64,000 nt of DNA from an uncultured Gammaproteobacteria bacterium (GTDB lineage Bacteria; Pseudomonadota; Gammaproteobacteria; JAURND01). Below, in pieces: positions 61,399 through 64,000 of this stretch; within the stretch, counting starts at the first letter, position 1; every line of letters begins with the position of its first letter. The notes beneath the pieces are model-generated. The model saw only the letters and a program-made list of their open reading frames with translations, was not told the DNA's origin and did not search any database. The stretch covers positions 768,001 through 832,000 of the forward strand of contig CAVQQD010000003.1 of NCBI GenBank assembly GCA_963714975.1. The letters run 5' to 3'. A program made the translations under genes and the position numbers.

Positions 61399-62401
61399 CA
61401 AATCTGGATCCCACGGACAATCCCGCGATCAAGTCGTGGGAGCGGGACGATGGAGTCCCTGGTTATATAGCTTAATTCCTTTGTCTTTACTCTATCGCGG
61501 TGCGGTAGCGGCCAAACGTTGGTGTTATCGGTCAGGGTGGTGTAAAACCACTGAATTCTCTGTGCCAATAATTGTGATCGGCAATTTGACTGTTGGTGGC
61601 ACGGGCAAAACTCCGATGCTGATTGCCTTAGCGCAATTTTTGCAAACACAAGGCTATCAGCCAGGGATTGTGAGTCGTGGCTATGGAGCTAAAACTAAGT
61701 GCTTTCCCTATGCAGTTTCTGCGCAATCAAATCCGCGAGAAGCAGGGGATGAGCCAGTGTTAATTGCGCGTCGCACTGGCTGTCCAGTAGTGATTGGGCC
61801 TAATCGAGTTGCAGCAGTGCAGGCATTACTCGCCACGAATTCCTGTGATGTTATTTTAAGTGATGACGGTTTGCAGCACTATGCCCTGGGGCGCAGTCTG
61901 GAATTAGTGATGATTGATGGGGAACGTCGTTTTGGTAATGGCCTGTGTTTACCTGCAGGACCGTTGCGTGAGCCAGTGCAGCGTTTAAATGAGGTTGATT
62001 TTATTATTTGCCAAGGCGGAAGTCCTGTGGAGAATGAGTGGCAGATGGATTTGCTACCAGGGGAATTATATAACTTGCGAGATCGAGGGCGGAAATTTTC
62101 TGCACCTGCGGTTACTCAGGTTCATGCGTTTGCTGGGATTGGTAACCCGGCGCGCTTTTTTCGTGAGCTGCGAAATAAGGGCTTTAGTGTGATCGAACAT
62201 ATTTTCCCGGATCATCATAATTATTTTCCAGGGGACATTGCTGTAGGCCCAGAAGAGATTGTGATTATGACGGAAAAAGATGCGGTAAAATGCCAAGCCT
62301 TTGCCCAAGATAATTATTGGTGCCTACCAGTCACAGCCCAATGTGATCAAAAGTTATGGGAGGCTGTATTGCAAAAACTGACCAAAATTAATAGGAATTA
62401 A
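61373..62401 (+). CDS. lpxK: Tetraacyldisaccharide 4'-kinase with an N-terminal palindromic insert
   Basis: GNLTVGGTGKTP, SRGYG, GDEP, DDGLQH, LPAGPLRE, TEKDAVK; likely start MLILKLWY. Confidence 0.95.
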   Translation: MLILKLWYNKSGSHGQSRDQVVGAGRWSPWLYSLIPLSLLYRGAVAAKRWCYRSGWCKTTEFSVPIIVIGNLTVGGTGKTPMLIALAQFLQTQGYQPGIVSRGYGAKTKCFPYAVSAQSNPREAGDEPVLIARRTGCPVVIGPNRVAAVQALLATNSCDVILSDDGLQHYALGRSLELVMIDGERRFGNGLCLPAGPLREPVQRLNEVDFIICQGGSPVENEWQMDLLPGELYNLRDRGRKFSAPAVTQVHAFAGIGNPARFFRELRNKGFSVIEHIFPDHHNYFPGDIAVGPEEIVIMTEKDAVKCQAFAQDNYWCLPVTAQCDQKLWEAVLQKLTKINRN

Positions 62402-62404
62402 TAT

Positions 62405-62896
62405 ATGGACATTGATACTAACGTACACAATAAAAGTTATGGATTATTTTATCTTAAAACTGGAATATTATTTTTTTGGGGCCTATGGTTTGGAATTGTT
62501 TTTCTAAGCAATTTGATTGATTTGTTAAATGTTCATTATGGAGTAATGATTAATTTTAAATTTGATTCGGGTAATTACCAGGCAGTAGAAAAAGTGATAT
62601 CAATATATAACACCCCGAACTATATTTTAACTTTATTGTTTCATTTTAATATTATTATCCAAGGTGTTACAGCATTTTTATTTTTAATTGCGGCTGTTAG
62701 CTTCTACAGATTAAAACCATATTCTTGGAAATTTGTAAATTTAGCGTTTGCAATTAGTATTGCATTATGGGGAGTTTTCATGATTATGGAAGAAGTTTTT
62801 ATCGCATATCAATTTGAACCAACTCATATGCGCTTAGGCATGTTTGAAATGATTTCTTTATTAATGTTTCACTTATTACAATTGGAGAGACCATAA
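62405..62896 (+). CDS. Hypothetical integral membrane protein
   Basis: Three to four hydrophobic helices; starts 3 bp after the lpxK stop. Confidence 0.7.
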   Translation: MDIDTNVHNKSYGLFYLKTGILFFWGLWFGIVFLSNLIDLLNVHYGVMINFKFDSGNYQAVEKVISIYNTPNYILTLLFHFNIIIQGVTAFLFLIAAVSFYRLKPYSWKFVNLAFAISIALWGVFMIMEEVFIAYQFEPTHMRLGMFEMISLLMFHLLQLERP

Positions 62897-63184
62897 CAGA
62901 CCACCCTTCTATGTGACCGTCATTTGATTTTTGCAGGTGGGGGAGAGGAGGTGCTTTGCACCAGTGGTCTGAGAAGGTTCCTCGTTATGAGTTACATAAC
63001 GCATAGCAACTTTATACATTAAAAATAGGAGTAATGCCGCGATATAAGGTGTAAAAGGACTATTAAGCGCTTCTCCAAAGGAAGAAGCCTTCCAAGGCTG
63101 GGCAGGTGCAAGAGCATCAGCACTACCGCCCTATGCAATAAAAAAATATGAAAGTAAAGGTAAGCTATCAGATGGCGCGGAAGA

Positions 63185-63225
63185 AATCCCTTCTCTCACA
63201 GCACTTTGCTGTAAGAGAAGGGATT
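63185..63225. terminator. Hairpin downstream of the avidin gene
   Basis: aatcccttctctcacagca ... tgctgtaagagaagggatt. Confidence 0.55.
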
Positions 63226-63233
63226 CTGGCGCG

Positions 63234-63668
63234 CTAGGTAGTTTGTTTATTAAAAGTGTCTGATCCGATGGTGTTCGCATCCCAATTAGCTTGTACAGGA
63301 TCATCTGCTTTTCTAGCTACTAACCAAATCGTTTTTAATTCGTCATTATTTCGGTTGAAATTACCCGTCATTGCGACCACACTATTGCAAGCAGGATAAT
63401 TGACAATCAGTGCGATAGCGTTGCCATTGTAATAACCTGTTACTGGAACTGGCTGCCCAATCGCAGCTTTGCAATTTCCCACTGCGGTGATGAAGCTACC
63501 GGTTAAACTGCCTGCATTTGCTTGCTCGCTATTCCAAGTCAAAGTTAGGGTGGAACCACGCTGATTTTTGTAGGTGATTGAATTGCTGGGTGCGGCGCTA
63601 ATTGCCGTGCTGCCCATCACTAAGCAGCTCACCATGCTGATGACTATTTTGGTTCTGATTTTTTTCAT
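63234..63668 (-). CDS. Secreted avidin/streptavidin-family protein
   Basis: Signal peptide; YKNQRGS, LTGSFIT, VTGYY, TIWLV, W..NTIGSDTF; two Cys in the mature part. Confidence 0.85.
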   Translation of the reverse strand: MKKIRTKIVISMVSCLVMGSTAISAAPSNSITYKNQRGSTLTLTWNSEQANAGSLTGSFITAVGNCKAAIGQPVPVTGYYNGNAIALIVNYPACNSVVAMTGNFNRNNDELKTIWLVARKADDPVQANWDANTIGSDTFNKQTT

Positions 63669-63787
63669 TTTTTCTCCTTGAGGATATGATGGAAAAGATA
63701 GGCAACATGCTAGCACAATCTATCCAGCTATAGAATATCGGCATTTTACTATTTCGATATTGTCGCACTTGCCCTAAATTCGTGGAT

Positions 63788-64000
63788 TTATTCTTCAGAT
63801 GAATCAGGCATTTGCCCAGGTTGGGGCGATGGACTTGAATGTAATGACCCCTTTGAGGAATCTGAATGCGTGGAGCCTGTGCTTGGAATTGGCGAATCTC
63901 GAGGTTCACTTCCTTCAGGTGGATCCTCAAAGAAAGAAACTGATGATTTCCTTGAAGATGGGGGTGAGGGTAGCGTTTGATATGATGCTGAACTCACCTG
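63788..64000 (-). CDS. Ser/Pro-rich C-terminus of a gene entering from outside the window
   Basis: Frame open to the window edge; ends PDSSEE. Confidence 0.5.
   Translation of the reverse strand, partial: QVSSASYQTLPSPPSSRKSSVSFFEDPPEGSEPRDSPIPSTGSTHSDSSKGSLHSSPSPQPGQMPDSSEE

Noticed and set aside
62900-63180. Possible ncRNA or ORF remnant before the avidin terminator
   Set aside because: Only short hairpins and a start-less frame; insufficient evidence

Overview
AT-rich gammaproteobacterial chromosome segment, probably from a Legionellales/Coxiellales-like intracellular bacterium (inferred from eukaryote-like kinase, ankyrin, Sel1 and WD40 genes and from the kinase and CDPS families). Core genes at the left are dnaE (5' truncated), a pentose-phosphate cluster (tkt, gnd and zwf are frameshifted, possibly assembly errors; pgl, rpe, tal intact), wrbA, a trehalose synthase, a GH15 hydrolase, rimK and tRNA-Asn. 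An accessory region follows the tRNA (about 17.6-53.7 kb). It holds a decayed kinase/NACHT/pentapeptide/WD40 gene, a tyrosine recombinase with a long structured leader, and tandem kinase-ankyrin genes with three hypervariable cassettes. It also holds a divergent locus in which a broken cyclodipeptide synthase, a PQ-loop-fused histidine kinase and an atypical receiver face a formyltransferase-initiated two-module NRPS followed by a hybrid kinase. Further right are a darTG/integrase/IS4 remnant islet and an ankyrin protein. Core genes resume with cydAB, trpS and msbA-lpxK, followed by an avidin-family gene. Several families of short palindromic elements occur throughout, often nested and often inserted in-frame into proteins (seven in the NRPS). 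Best candidates for a new system are the paired peptide-synthase/sensor-kinase locus and the hypervariable kinase-ankyrin cassettes. All family calls come from motif recognition by eye; no searches were run.
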